Shown here: in pieces, positions 1 to 8,045 of the stretch
Numbering within the stretch: position 1 is the first letter of the stretch
How the letters are laid out: each line of letters opens with the position of its first letter
Source of the DNA: an uncultured Prevotellaceae bacterium
Lineage (GTDB): Bacteria; Bacteroidota; Bacteroidia; Bacteroidales; Bacteroidaceae
DNA length: 45,220 nt
Assembly: GCA_946415525.1 (NCBI GenBank)
Contig: CAMKSZ010000001.1
Span: forward strand, 1 to 45,220
Direction of reading: 5' to 3'
Position numbers and translations under genes: made by a program
Notes under the pieces: generated by a model
What the model was told of the DNA's origin: nothing
The model's input: only the letters and a program-made list of their open reading frames with translations
Database searches by the model: none

Positions 1-47
1 CCTATAGGGAGGGAATCAGCAAGCACGCCGCTTGGAAAGAGAAGGAA

Positions 48-1013
48 TTAGCAGTGAGTCCACCACCAATGCTTGAGGAAGAGGAACAACACCGCCCTGA
101 GGCGCGAGAAGCGCGTGTTGACCCAGTCGCGGGAGCGACCAACCGCTTCGGCCACGACTGCCGCAGGCACGCCTTCCCACCTCTGCAAGAAGACAAATGT
201 GTCGGTCTCCGACCATTTGAGCATGCGGATGACATCCACGAGAAAAGCATTGATACTGGTTGCCACATCTGGCGAGGTGCCAAAGGGATTGAAAACCTCG
301 GTGACCGGGTTGGTGGAGGTAGAGTTGAAGGAGATGTCAGCCCCATAGACATTGTCGATGCAGACTGTGAAGTCGCCCGGAGTATTGTCAGCGATGACAT
401 AGTCATCGAAGTTGTAGGCAGAATTGATGACGCGGAACTTGAAGAGATCCTCGGCATCGTTGAGCATCTTCTCATACTGCTTGGCGTCGATGTGGCGGGC
501 TTCCATGATCTCGGTAGCCGGCTTCTGCTCGACATAGATGTCAAGCAAGAGTTGGCGTGACTCATCCTGCGGCATCATCACCTCGTCGATGATGAGTTGG
601 CATCCCGCAGGGGAATGCTTACTCAACATGACCTTGGTGTTTTTGGGTGTGCGCGCACGCTTCACCTTGATGTAGCCCAATTCATCAAGATAGGCAGTGA
701 CGGTGTGGAATGCCACTTTGGAGAACCAGGCGAAGAAAGGGCAAACACCTCCGTAAGTGTCGAAGGGGTGCCATGTTCCTTCAGCCCAGCAATGTTCGTA
801 CAAGACGCTTCCGAACTCCACATCGTCGAAGCAGTAGCCGTAACTTTTCCTGACACATTTGGCAATGTAGTTGCGGATTGCCTCCATAGAGTAATATCCT
901 GTTCCATAGAAGAAGTTGTTACGAAATTTAGGATTATTCTTTACATTTTCAATCACATACTTCCCCTCCTCGGCTGGGGAATTAAATTTAGGGGCGTTTA
1001 CAGGTTTTGTCAT
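48..1013 (-). CDS. Divergent sigma-70-like factor (region-2-like segment plus two HTH-like segments)
   Basis: Region-2-like 'FDTYGGVCPFFAWFSKVAFHTVTAYL', HTH-like 'RQLLLDIYVEQKPATEIMEARHIDAKQYEKMLNDAEDLFK' and C-terminal sigma-4-like 'TDTFVFLQRWEGVPAAVVAEAVGRSRDWVNTRFSRLRAVL'. Start moved to ATG at 1013 (MTKPV) because the ORF-track extension runs through a terminator hairpin. Confidence 0.6.
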   Translation of the reverse strand: MTKPVNAPKFNSPAEEGKYVIENVKNNPKFRNNFFYGTGYYSMEAIRNYIAKCVRKSYGYCFDDVEFGSVLYEHCWAEGTWHPFDTYGGVCPFFAWFSKVAFHTVTAYLDELGYIKVKRARTPKNTKVMLSKHSPAGCQLIIDEVMMPQDESRQLLLDIYVEQKPATEIMEARHIDAKQYEKMLNDAEDLFKFRVINSAYNFDDYVIADNTPGDFTVCIDNVYGADISFNSTSTNPVTEVFNPFGTSPDVATSINAFLVDVIRMLKWSETDTFVFLQRWEGVPAAVVAEAVGRSRDWVNTRFSRLRAVLFLFLKHWWWTHC

Positions 1014-1045
1014 AAGGCGGTAAAATTTAAAATAATAAAAGAGCG

Positions 1046-1083
1046 AAAAAAATCCGAACTCCACATTTTTGTGAAAAGTCCGG
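1046..1083 (-). terminator. Intrinsic terminator-like hairpin directly upstream of the sigma-like gene
   Basis: Minus strand CCGGACTTTTCAC-AAAAAT-GTGGAGTTCGG (with G-U pairs and a small bulge) followed by ATTTTTTT. Confidence 0.6.
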
Positions 1084-1112
1084 AACCTACAGTAAGTTGT
1101 GAGTCGCCTACT

Positions 1113-1427
1113 CTAAGAGTTTTCTCTAAAATGTAGTGCGTCGCCTTTGTAGCGTTCCGTGCAGCAATTTGATGCTACTCCATTGTTAGTTTTTGCTAAA
1201 ATTGATACTTTTTCTGCTTTGTCGATGTTTTTGGTGAATAGAATAATGTTGTTGAAAGTGACCCAATTTGTGTTGGTTCCAATTGAGATTTTGTTAGTTG
1301 AGTTAATTTTCAAGGCGTAGATATCCCCTTCCGCCAAATTGCCATTCAGCAATAAAGCGGTCTTTTTGGGATTGAGATTTGTCCATCTCGCATCAAAAGG
1401 AATTATATGGTAATTCTCCATAGACAT
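1113..1427 (-). CDS. Hypothetical low-GC protein (~104 aa, MSMENYHIIPF...)
   Basis: Open frame in AT-rich DNA, downstream of a canonical promoter at 1512-1543. No recognisable motif. ATG at 1421 is an alternative start. Confidence 0.4.
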   Translation of the reverse strand: MSMENYHIIPFDARWTNLNPKKTALLLNGNLAEGDIYALKINSTNKISIGTNTNWVTFNNIILFTKNIDKAEKVSILAKTNNGVASNCCTERYKGDALHFRENS

Positions 1428-1511
1428 GATGACATAGATATAAAATTCACTAAACCTTAAAATTCTCTCTTGTTGAGTTATTTGAGTTTCTGTTAATATA
1501 CATTTGGAATG

Positions 1512-1543
1512 CAAAAATAATTTAAATACTCTTATTATGCAAA
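1512..1543 (-). promoter_or_regulatory. Bacteroidota primary-sigma promoter (-33 TTTG, -7 TATTTTTG)
   Basis: Minus strand TTTG-N20-TATTTTTG matches the TTTG/TAnnTTTG consensus. Confidence 0.7.
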
Positions 1544-1617
1544 TTTTCCACAGACAATCTTGCAGGATTAACATTTATTAATAAATGATGTTTCGGGGGT
1601 CGGGGGGTGAGATTTTG

Positions 1618-1713
1618 AGATTTCGGAATATCGATATATCGACATAACGACATAACGACACATCGAGGGAACGACATAACGAAACATCGAGAGAACGACA
1701 TAACGACACATCG
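1618..1713. repeat. Degenerate 8-bp tandem array (mostly ANANNNCG), 12 units
   Basis: CG at 1624, 1632 ... 1712, exactly every 8 bp. Units include ACATAACG, ACACATCG and AGAGAACG. Confidence 0.85.
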
Positions 1714-1788
1714 AGAAAAGGATACAGCCAGAAAGAGATTACGAGTGTTAATTGATTCTAAATTGTAGGTCAAGTTGGGGAAAAATCG

Positions 1789-1796
1789 TAAATTTG
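1789..1796 (+). promoter_or_regulatory. -7 promoter element TAAATTTG
   Basis: TAnnTTTG match about 30 nt upstream of the ATG at 1825. Confidence 0.55.
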
Positions 1797-1824
1797 CAAA
1801 CTAATAGTATCACCATTATCTTAT

Positions 1825-3678
1825 ATGAGGAAAATCATCTGTTTATTGGTTGTTTTAATGACTGCCATCGCCAGCAATGCTTCTGTTGGCGGCCCCACAT
1901 TTTATTATAGGTTTACGGCCAAGCCATCGACTACAGGCGAAGGCAAAGTGTACGCCTCCGACAAGAAAGAGATACCCGACGACAGCAAGTTTATGAATTA
2001 CTACGGCACTGTTGTCTATTCCCAAGGTTCCCTTGCCACAGTAAAGACAGTCACTGCCACCGCTTATCTTTTCGCCAAGCCAGAGGAAGGTTATTTCTTC
2101 TCCCACTGGTCGCGCTTGGACGGCGACAAAGAGGTGCCATTCAGTTATGCCCGCTACACCACCGACCTTGTGACCATCACCAACACCGACATCCAAAACC
2201 CAAAGGATGCCGTCTTCATCGCCCACTTTGCCAAGGCAGGCCAAGTCTATCCCGTCTCCTCCGACGAGACATTGGGCACGGTAACCATTGACATCCCCAC
2301 CAACACCAATGGCGACCACGTGACGATGACCGCCATCCCCGACCCCCTTTGTGGCAAGTTTATAGGCTGGCGTAGGAACAGTCAGACGACCCTTACCAAG
2401 ACCAACCCCCTCACCATTGATGTGTCGAATTCCACTCGTGGTGTTTACACCGCCGTATTCGAGCCTAAGGGTGTCGAAGACAAAGGCATCTATATTTTGA
2501 TGGAAAATGTAGGTTCGCAACAATTTTTTGGCGTGACGGGATTATCCGAGCAGACTTTCGACACAGACCAGCGTTACTTCAAGAATTCGATGATGCTGAT
2601 TCCCTCCACCAATGAGCATGCCCATTCCTCTCCTGCCTTTGTCTTGAAAGTCACCGGCACCCCCAACGGAACTGGCGGCCTCGACAACGTGGTCATCTCC
2701 AGCCAAGGCATCAGCACCTATATGATTAGCAAACAGAAATTTTCCATCGAGAACTTCCTCGACGACCAATACTTCATCTTCGCCAGCCATCAAGGATTCA
2801 CAGGCTATCTCAAGGACAACGGGTCTGAGGAAACAGGCATGAGCCACATGGAACTTATAGGCGACTACCATCACCCCGGCATTTGGAACCGCTGGAACTA
2901 CAACACCAACTATGCCTGGCAATTCCGCTTGATAGACGAAGACCACTTCGACGAGAACTACTTCGGCGCCCGTCCCTACGCCGGCACCACAAAAGACGGC
3001 AAATACTACACGACGATGTACACAGGCTTCCCCTACGAATGCCGTGACGGTGTGAAAGCCTACACTGTGGACAAGATGCTGAAGGACGGCCGTGCCCACC
3101 TGAAGTTAGTGCCCAACAACCAAGTGCCGTCGAACACTGCCGTAATATTGGAGTGCAACGGCACCACCCCCAAAGAGAACCGCCTCATGCCTCTCACCAG
3201 CGAGCCCGACAGCATAGAGACCAATCTGCTCAAGGGTGATATCTGGCTCATGGACGAAAGTGGTGACGAAGCCAACTACCGCACTTTGTTCGACAGCAAC
3301 ACCATGCGTGTGCTGAGCACCGACAAGGCCGTATTCGGCAAGACCAACTACACCGACTACACCCTCGACACAGATGAGAGCAAGCAACCTTTGGCCTATA
3401 TCGCCAACAACACCTGTTATCTCGACGTCAGTGGCATGGAATCGGCAGCCGACGAGATTGAGTTTACCACCGAGAACGACCCCGGAGAATTCGAACGTCT
3501 GAAAGGCGATGTCGATGGCAATAAGGTTGTAGATGTGGTGGACGTGATGCTGATAGTGGACTACATCCTCAATCGCCCCTTGCGGGTATTCATCTTCGCC
3601 AACGCCGACACCGACGAGAACAACGTCGTAGATGTCACCGACGCAATGTGGATAGTCAATTACATTCTACACAAATAA
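1825..3678 (+). CDS. Secreted protein with C-terminal type I dockerin domain
   Basis: Signal peptide MRKIICLLVVLMTAIASNA. Two short beta-repeat modules (A.P.EGY.F..W and AIPD...KFIGW). Duplicated Ca-binding motifs GDVDGNKVVDVVDV and ADTDENNVVDVTDA at the C-terminus. Confidence 0.8.
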   Translation: MRKIICLLVVLMTAIASNASVGGPTFYYRFTAKPSTTGEGKVYASDKKEIPDDSKFMNYYGTVVYSQGSLATVKTVTATAYLFAKPEEGYFFSHWSRLDGDKEVPFSYARYTTDLVTITNTDIQNPKDAVFIAHFAKAGQVYPVSSDETLGTVTIDIPTNTNGDHVTMTAIPDPLCGKFIGWRRNSQTTLTKTNPLTIDVSNSTRGVYTAVFEPKGVEDKGIYILMENVGSQQFFGVTGLSEQTFDTDQRYFKNSMMLIPSTNEHAHSSPAFVLKVTGTPNGTGGLDNVVISSQGISTYMISKQKFSIENFLDDQYFIFASHQGFTGYLKDNGSEETGMSHMELIGDYHHPGIWNRWNYNTNYAWQFRLIDEDHFDENYFGARPYAGTTKDGKYYTTMYTGFPYECRDGVKAYTVDKMLKDGRAHLKLVPNNQVPSNTAVILECNGTTPKENRLMPLTSEPDSIETNLLKGDIWLMDESGDEANYRTLFDSNTMRVLSTDKAVFGKTNYTDYTLDTDESKQPLAYIANNTCYLDVSGMESAADEIEFTTENDPGEFERLKGDVDGNKVVDVVDVMLIVDYILNRPLRVFIFANADTDENNVVDVTDAMWIVNYILHK

Positions 3679-3690
3679 GCCGCAAACTAC

Positions 3691-6258
3691 ATGAAAAAAC
3701 AACTATTAATCGTTCTGTTGTCCGTCACGGCCATCAGTGTCACAGCACAGCCCTATCCCTATCAAAACCCCGAACTCAGTTCGGAAGTCAGGGCCGCCGA
3801 CCTCTGTTCGCGCCTCACGCTTGAGGAAAAGGCCAGTCTGATGAAAAGTTCGTCACCCGCCATTCCCCGTTTGGGCATTCCGCAATTTGACTGGTGGAAC
3901 GAAGTGCTTCACGGTGTCGCCCGCAACGGCTTCGCCACCGTCTTCCCCTCCACCATCGGCATGGCCGCCTCCTTTGACGACGACCTACTCTTCCGAGTGT
4001 TCGATGCCGCCAGCGACGAAGCCCGTGCCAAGGCCAACACCGCCCGCCGAAGCGGTACGGTGAAACGCTATCAGAGTCTATCGTTTTGGACCCCCAATAT
4101 CAACATTTTCCGCGACCCCCGCTGGGGACGTGGTCAAGAAACCTACGGCGAAGACCCCTATTTGACCGCAAGAATGGGCCTTGCCGTAGTGCGTGGCCTC
4201 CAAGGCGACGGCAGTCACCGCTACTCCAAGTTGCTTGCCTGCGCCAAGCATTTCGCCGTGCATAGCGGTCCAGAATGGAACCGCCATGTGTTCAACATCG
4301 AGTCGCTTCCAGAGCGCGACCTTTGGGAGACCTACCTACCCGCCTTCAAGTCGCTTGTCCAAGAAGGCAATGTTGCCGAAGTGATGTGCGCCTATCAGCG
4401 CATCGACGGCGACCCCTGTTGCGGCAACACCCGCTATTTGCAGCAAATCCTTCGCAATGACTGGGGCTTCAAGGGCATCGTGACCAGCGACTGCGGCGCC
4501 ATCGACGACTTCTGGCGCCCAGGCTATCACGGAGTGTCCGCCAACGCCCACGAAGCCTCAGCCAAGGCCGTGCGAGCCGGCACCGATGTGGAGTGCGGCA
4601 GCAACTACCTCAAGTTACCCGAAGCCGTCGCCAAGGGTGAAATCACCGAAGCCGAGATAGACATTAGTCTGAAACGCCTGTTGAAAGCCCGTTTCGAGTT
4701 GGGCGACTTCGACCCCGAAACCTTGGTTGACTGGCAACAAATGAGCGAGGATGTAGTGGCCAGTGCCGCCCACAAGCAACTTGCCCTCGACATGGCCCGT
4801 GAGACGATGACATTGTTGCAAAACCGCAACGGTCTGCTCCCGCTTGCCAAAGACGCAGGAAAAATCATCGTGATGGGACCGAATGCCAACGACTCCGTGA
4901 TGCAATGGGCCAACTATTCCGGTTATCCCACCGGCACCACCACCATTCTCGAAGGCATCAGGGAGAAGGTAGGTGCAGTGAAATACTATCCCGCCTGTGG
5001 ATTGACGAAAAACGAGGTGGACGAAAGCCTTTTTGGCGACATAGTAGGTGCCGACGGCCGTCACGGCATGGTAGCCACCTATTATAATAATAAGCAAATG
5101 GAAGGCCAACCCGCCGCCACCGTCACCCATTCCGAGCCTATCAACCTTAGCAATGGCGGCAACACCGTATTCGCCCCCGGCGTGCAACTCCATCGGTTCT
5201 CCGCCCGCTACGAAGGTACATTCATCCCCAAGAGCGACGTCGATGCTACGTTTATCCTGAAATTCGACGACTGCGCCCGTCTCATCGTCAATGGCGACAC
5301 ACTCGTCAACGTATGGAAAGGGCGCGACAGGATTCAAGTAGCCGAAAAGCAGATGAAGGTGAAAGCCGGACAGCCCTATCGGCTCCAGGTTGACTACCAG
5401 CAAGACACCGACATGGCCGCCCTATTTTTCGACATTGTCAGGAAGCATACCCCCACTACCTCAGAAATCCTCGCCCAGGCAGCAGGCTGCGAGACCGTCA
5501 TCTTCGTTGGCGGCATCTCCCCCCGTCTTGAAGGCGAAGAGATGAAAGTGGACGCCCCCGGTTTCAAAGGCGGCGACCGCACCGACATCCAACTTCCCGA
5601 CGCCCAGCGTAAGGTCATCAAGACCCTCCACGACGCAGGCAAGAAAGTGGTGTTCATCAACTGTTCCGGTTCCGCCATCGCCCTTGTGCCCGAGACCCAG
5701 AATGCCGACGCCATCCTCCAAGCCTGGTATCCCGGCGAAGAAGGTGGGCATGCCGTCGCCGACGTACTTTTCGGCGACTACAACCCTGGCGGCAAACTTC
5801 CCATCACGTTCTACCGCTCGGTGGACCAGTTGCCAGACTTCCTCGACTACCGCATGACCGGACGCACCTACCGCTATTTCAAGGGCGACGCCCTCTTCCC
5901 CTTCGGGCATGGCCTCAGTTACACCACCTTCACCCTCTCGAAACCCAGTTACAAGAACGGCAAGGTAAGCGTACGGGTGACCAACACCGGCAAAGTGAAA
6001 GGCACAGAGACCGTACAAGTGTATATCAGAAACCTGTCCGATAGTGACGGTCCCCTCAAGACCCTTCGCGGTTTCAAGCGCACCACCCTCTCCCCCAAGG
6101 AGAGTGCCATCGTGGAAATCGACCTCCCCCGCGACCGCTTTGAAACCTGGGATGCCAGCAGCAATACGATGCGCGTACAGCCAGGCCAATATGAAGTGAT
6201 GGTAGGCAACTCCAGTGCCGCATCCGCCCTAAAGTCCATCAAGGTGAAAATCAAGTAA
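3691..6258 (+). CDS. xyl3A: GH3 xylan 1,4-beta-xylosidase/beta-glucosidase with PA14 insertion and Fn3-like C-terminus
   Basis: Signal peptide; WTPNINIFRDPRWGRGQETYGEDP, KHFAVHSGPE, nucleophile region VTSDCGAI, LEGEE, AWYPGEEGG. Confidence 0.9.
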   Translation: MKKQLLIVLLSVTAISVTAQPYPYQNPELSSEVRAADLCSRLTLEEKASLMKSSSPAIPRLGIPQFDWWNEVLHGVARNGFATVFPSTIGMAASFDDDLLFRVFDAASDEARAKANTARRSGTVKRYQSLSFWTPNINIFRDPRWGRGQETYGEDPYLTARMGLAVVRGLQGDGSHRYSKLLACAKHFAVHSGPEWNRHVFNIESLPERDLWETYLPAFKSLVQEGNVAEVMCAYQRIDGDPCCGNTRYLQQILRNDWGFKGIVTSDCGAIDDFWRPGYHGVSANAHEASAKAVRAGTDVECGSNYLKLPEAVAKGEITEAEIDISLKRLLKARFELGDFDPETLVDWQQMSEDVVASAAHKQLALDMARETMTLLQNRNGLLPLAKDAGKIIVMGPNANDSVMQWANYSGYPTGTTTILEGIREKVGAVKYYPACGLTKNEVDESLFGDIVGADGRHGMVATYYNNKQMEGQPAATVTHSEPINLSNGGNTVFAPGVQLHRFSARYEGTFIPKSDVDATFILKFDDCARLIVNGDTLVNVWKGRDRIQVAEKQMKVKAGQPYRLQVDYQQDTDMAALFFDIVRKHTPTTSEILAQAAGCETVIFVGGISPRLEGEEMKVDAPGFKGGDRTDIQLPDAQRKVIKTLHDAGKKVVFINCSGSAIALVPETQNADAILQAWYPGEEGGHAVADVLFGDYNPGGKLPITFYRSVDQLPDFLDYRMTGRTYRYFKGDALFPFGHGLSYTTFTLSKPSYKNGKVSVRVTNTGKVKGTETVQVYIRNLSDSDGPLKTLRGFKRTTLSPKESAIVEIDLPRDRFETWDASSNTMRVQPGQYEVMVGNSSAASALKSIKVKIK

Positions 6259-6301
6259 AGCGACAAAAAAAGATACCTTCCCATTATTTCGTGCGGAAAA
6301 T

Positions 6302-6333
6302 CTTGCTTCTATCCAAAAAAAAGACTAATTTTG
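6302..6333 (+). promoter_or_regulatory. Promoter (CTTG-N20-TAATTTTG), near-leaderless
   Basis: The -7 element ends 4 nt before the ATG at 6338. Confidence 0.6.
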
Positions 6334-6337
6334 CAGC

Positions 6338-7405
6338 ATGATGGAATTAAGAAGACACATTGAAATACTACTATTGTCCAACGACTGCGTGATAGTGCCC
6401 CACTTAGGCGGTTTCATGGCCCATCACGTCGAGGCCCGTTATGACAAGGAAGAAGGGATGTTCCTCCCTCCCCTGCGAACGTTAGGCTTCAACCCACAGT
6501 TGACGATGAGCGACTCCCTGCTTGCACAGTCGTATGCCGATGCCTACGACATCAGTTTCCCCGAAGCCATGTCACGCATCGAGCACGACGTGCGGTTGCT
6601 GAAACAACGCATCGAAGCCGACGGCAGATACGAGTTTACCGACCTTGGCACCATCACCATCAACAAAGACGGTCGTTATGAGTTCGAGCCGAGCCCCTCT
6701 GGCCTCCCCACCCCATCACTCTACGGACTTGGAGCCATCGAACTTCCTCCGTTGAGTGTTATCGCCCGCCAAGGCACTCCCTCGATCGTTTTGCCAACCG
6801 CCCCGATGGGCATCATTCACCCAGCATCCACCCCACGCACTTCCAAACTCGCCACCATCATGTCACACATAGACGAAAGAGACTACCAAGAAGAAGAGAA
6901 AACCATCAGCATCAAAGTGAGCCTGCTTCGCAATCTTGCGGTGACAGCCGTCGCCGCAGTCGCACTGATTTTGTTTGCCCGTCCTGTCCCCGCCAGCGAC
7001 AGCGGTGCCATGGAATCGGCACGAGAGGAAGCCAGCATGGTGACCGTGACGGAACAGCCCGCCACCACTATGGAAGCAGCCACCACAGCCAATGCCTCCA
7101 TTATTGGCAGTTTAGAGAGTTTGTCACACAAAATCGAGCAAATCCAAGCCAACGAAGAAGCCATTGTGCCCGAAGTGGGCAAATACACCATTGTTCTTGC
7201 CTACAGCATCCCCACTGAGAATGCCAAGTTGTTCCTCGCCGGCGTAAGGGCAAAGGGCGCCAAGAAAGCCGTTCTTTACGACTACCAAGGCCAGAATGTG
7301 GTTTCTTATGGCAGTTACGCCAACACCGAGGAAGCCTACAGCCAAATGCAAGAGTTGATAGACAACGGCAGTGTGGCCAGCGCATGGATTATGCAGGTGA
7401 AATAG
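6338..7405 (+). CDS. HU-like (CCDC81-type) domains, TM helix and SPOR domain protein
   Basis: N-terminal 'HIEILLLSNDCVIVPHLGGF...FLPPLRTLGFNPQL'; TM 'LAVTAVAAVALILFA'; SPOR-like C-terminus 'YTIVLA...VVSYGSYANTEEAY...AWI'. Confidence 0.75.
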   Translation: MMELRRHIEILLLSNDCVIVPHLGGFMAHHVEARYDKEEGMFLPPLRTLGFNPQLTMSDSLLAQSYADAYDISFPEAMSRIEHDVRLLKQRIEADGRYEFTDLGTITINKDGRYEFEPSPSGLPTPSLYGLGAIELPPLSVIARQGTPSIVLPTAPMGIIHPASTPRTSKLATIMSHIDERDYQEEEKTISIKVSLLRNLAVTAVAAVALILFARPVPASDSGAMESAREEASMVTVTEQPATTMEAATTANASIIGSLESLSHKIEQIQANEEAIVPEVGKYTIVLAYSIPTENAKLFLAGVRAKGAKKAVLYDYQGQNVVSYGSYANTEEAYSQMQELIDNGSVASAWIMQVK

Positions 7406-7406
7406 G

Positions 7407-7943
7407 ATGAAGAGAGTACGTTGCCCGAAATGTGACAATTTCATCACATTCGACGAGACAAAATATCAAGCCGGCCAGTCGCTGGTATTCGTATGTCCGA
7501 ACTGCAATAAGCAGTTCGGCATTCGTATGGGGGTGTCGCGCCTTCGCGATACCCAAAAAGAAGAACAACTCGACGAGCATGCCAACGAGGAAGGTTGCGG
7601 TTCGATAGTCGTCATAGAGAACGTCTTCCACTACAAGCAAGTCATCCCCCTTCGGATGGGCGACAACACCATCGGGCGATACATGAAAGGAAGTACGAAG
7701 ACCAATACGCCGATAGAGACCAACGACCCCAGTGTCGATATGCTGCACTGCGTCATCAATGTCTCACGCACTAAAAAAGGCCGGTTGAAGTATGTCCTCC
7801 GCGACGGTCCCAGTTTCACTGGCACCTTTGTCGATAATGAGATTCTGGGCGACAATGAGCGTCGAGTCATTGAGGACGGCACACTTTTCACCATCGGCGC
7901 CACCAGCATCATCCTCAGAAGCGCGGAAGAAGATGAGGGATGA
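7407..7943 (+). CDS. Zinc-ribbon plus FHA domain protein
   Basis: CPKC...CPNC at the N-terminus; FHA-like NTIGR, DPSVDMLHC, LRDGPSFTGTFV, IGAT. Confidence 0.8.
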   Translation: MKRVRCPKCDNFITFDETKYQAGQSLVFVCPNCNKQFGIRMGVSRLRDTQKEEQLDEHANEEGCGSIVVIENVFHYKQVIPLRMGDNTIGRYMKGSTKTNTPIETNDPSVDMLHCVINVSRTKKGRLKYVLRDGPSFTGTFVDNEILGDNERRVIEDGTLFTIGATSIILRSAEEDEG

Positions 7944-7979
7944 CACTTTTATATTGGCTTTTCCATTATAAATAATAAG

Positions 7980-8002
7980 GAGACGCCCCAAAGGGACGTC
8001 TC
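7980..8002. terminator. Hairpin between convergent genes
   Basis: GAGACGCCCC-AAA-GGGACGTCTC flanked by A/T-rich tracts. Confidence 0.6.
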
Positions 8003-8045
8003 TATTTTGTTGAATGGGGGAAGACATGGAGGGATGGAAGAAGAA

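Noticed and set aside
1618-1713. Octamer arrays (also 12617-12720) as CRISPR arrays or as coding ORFs (1522-1773, 12518-12802)
   Set aside because: There is no constant repeat with unique spacers and no cas gene. The ORFs are low-complexity translations of the repeat.
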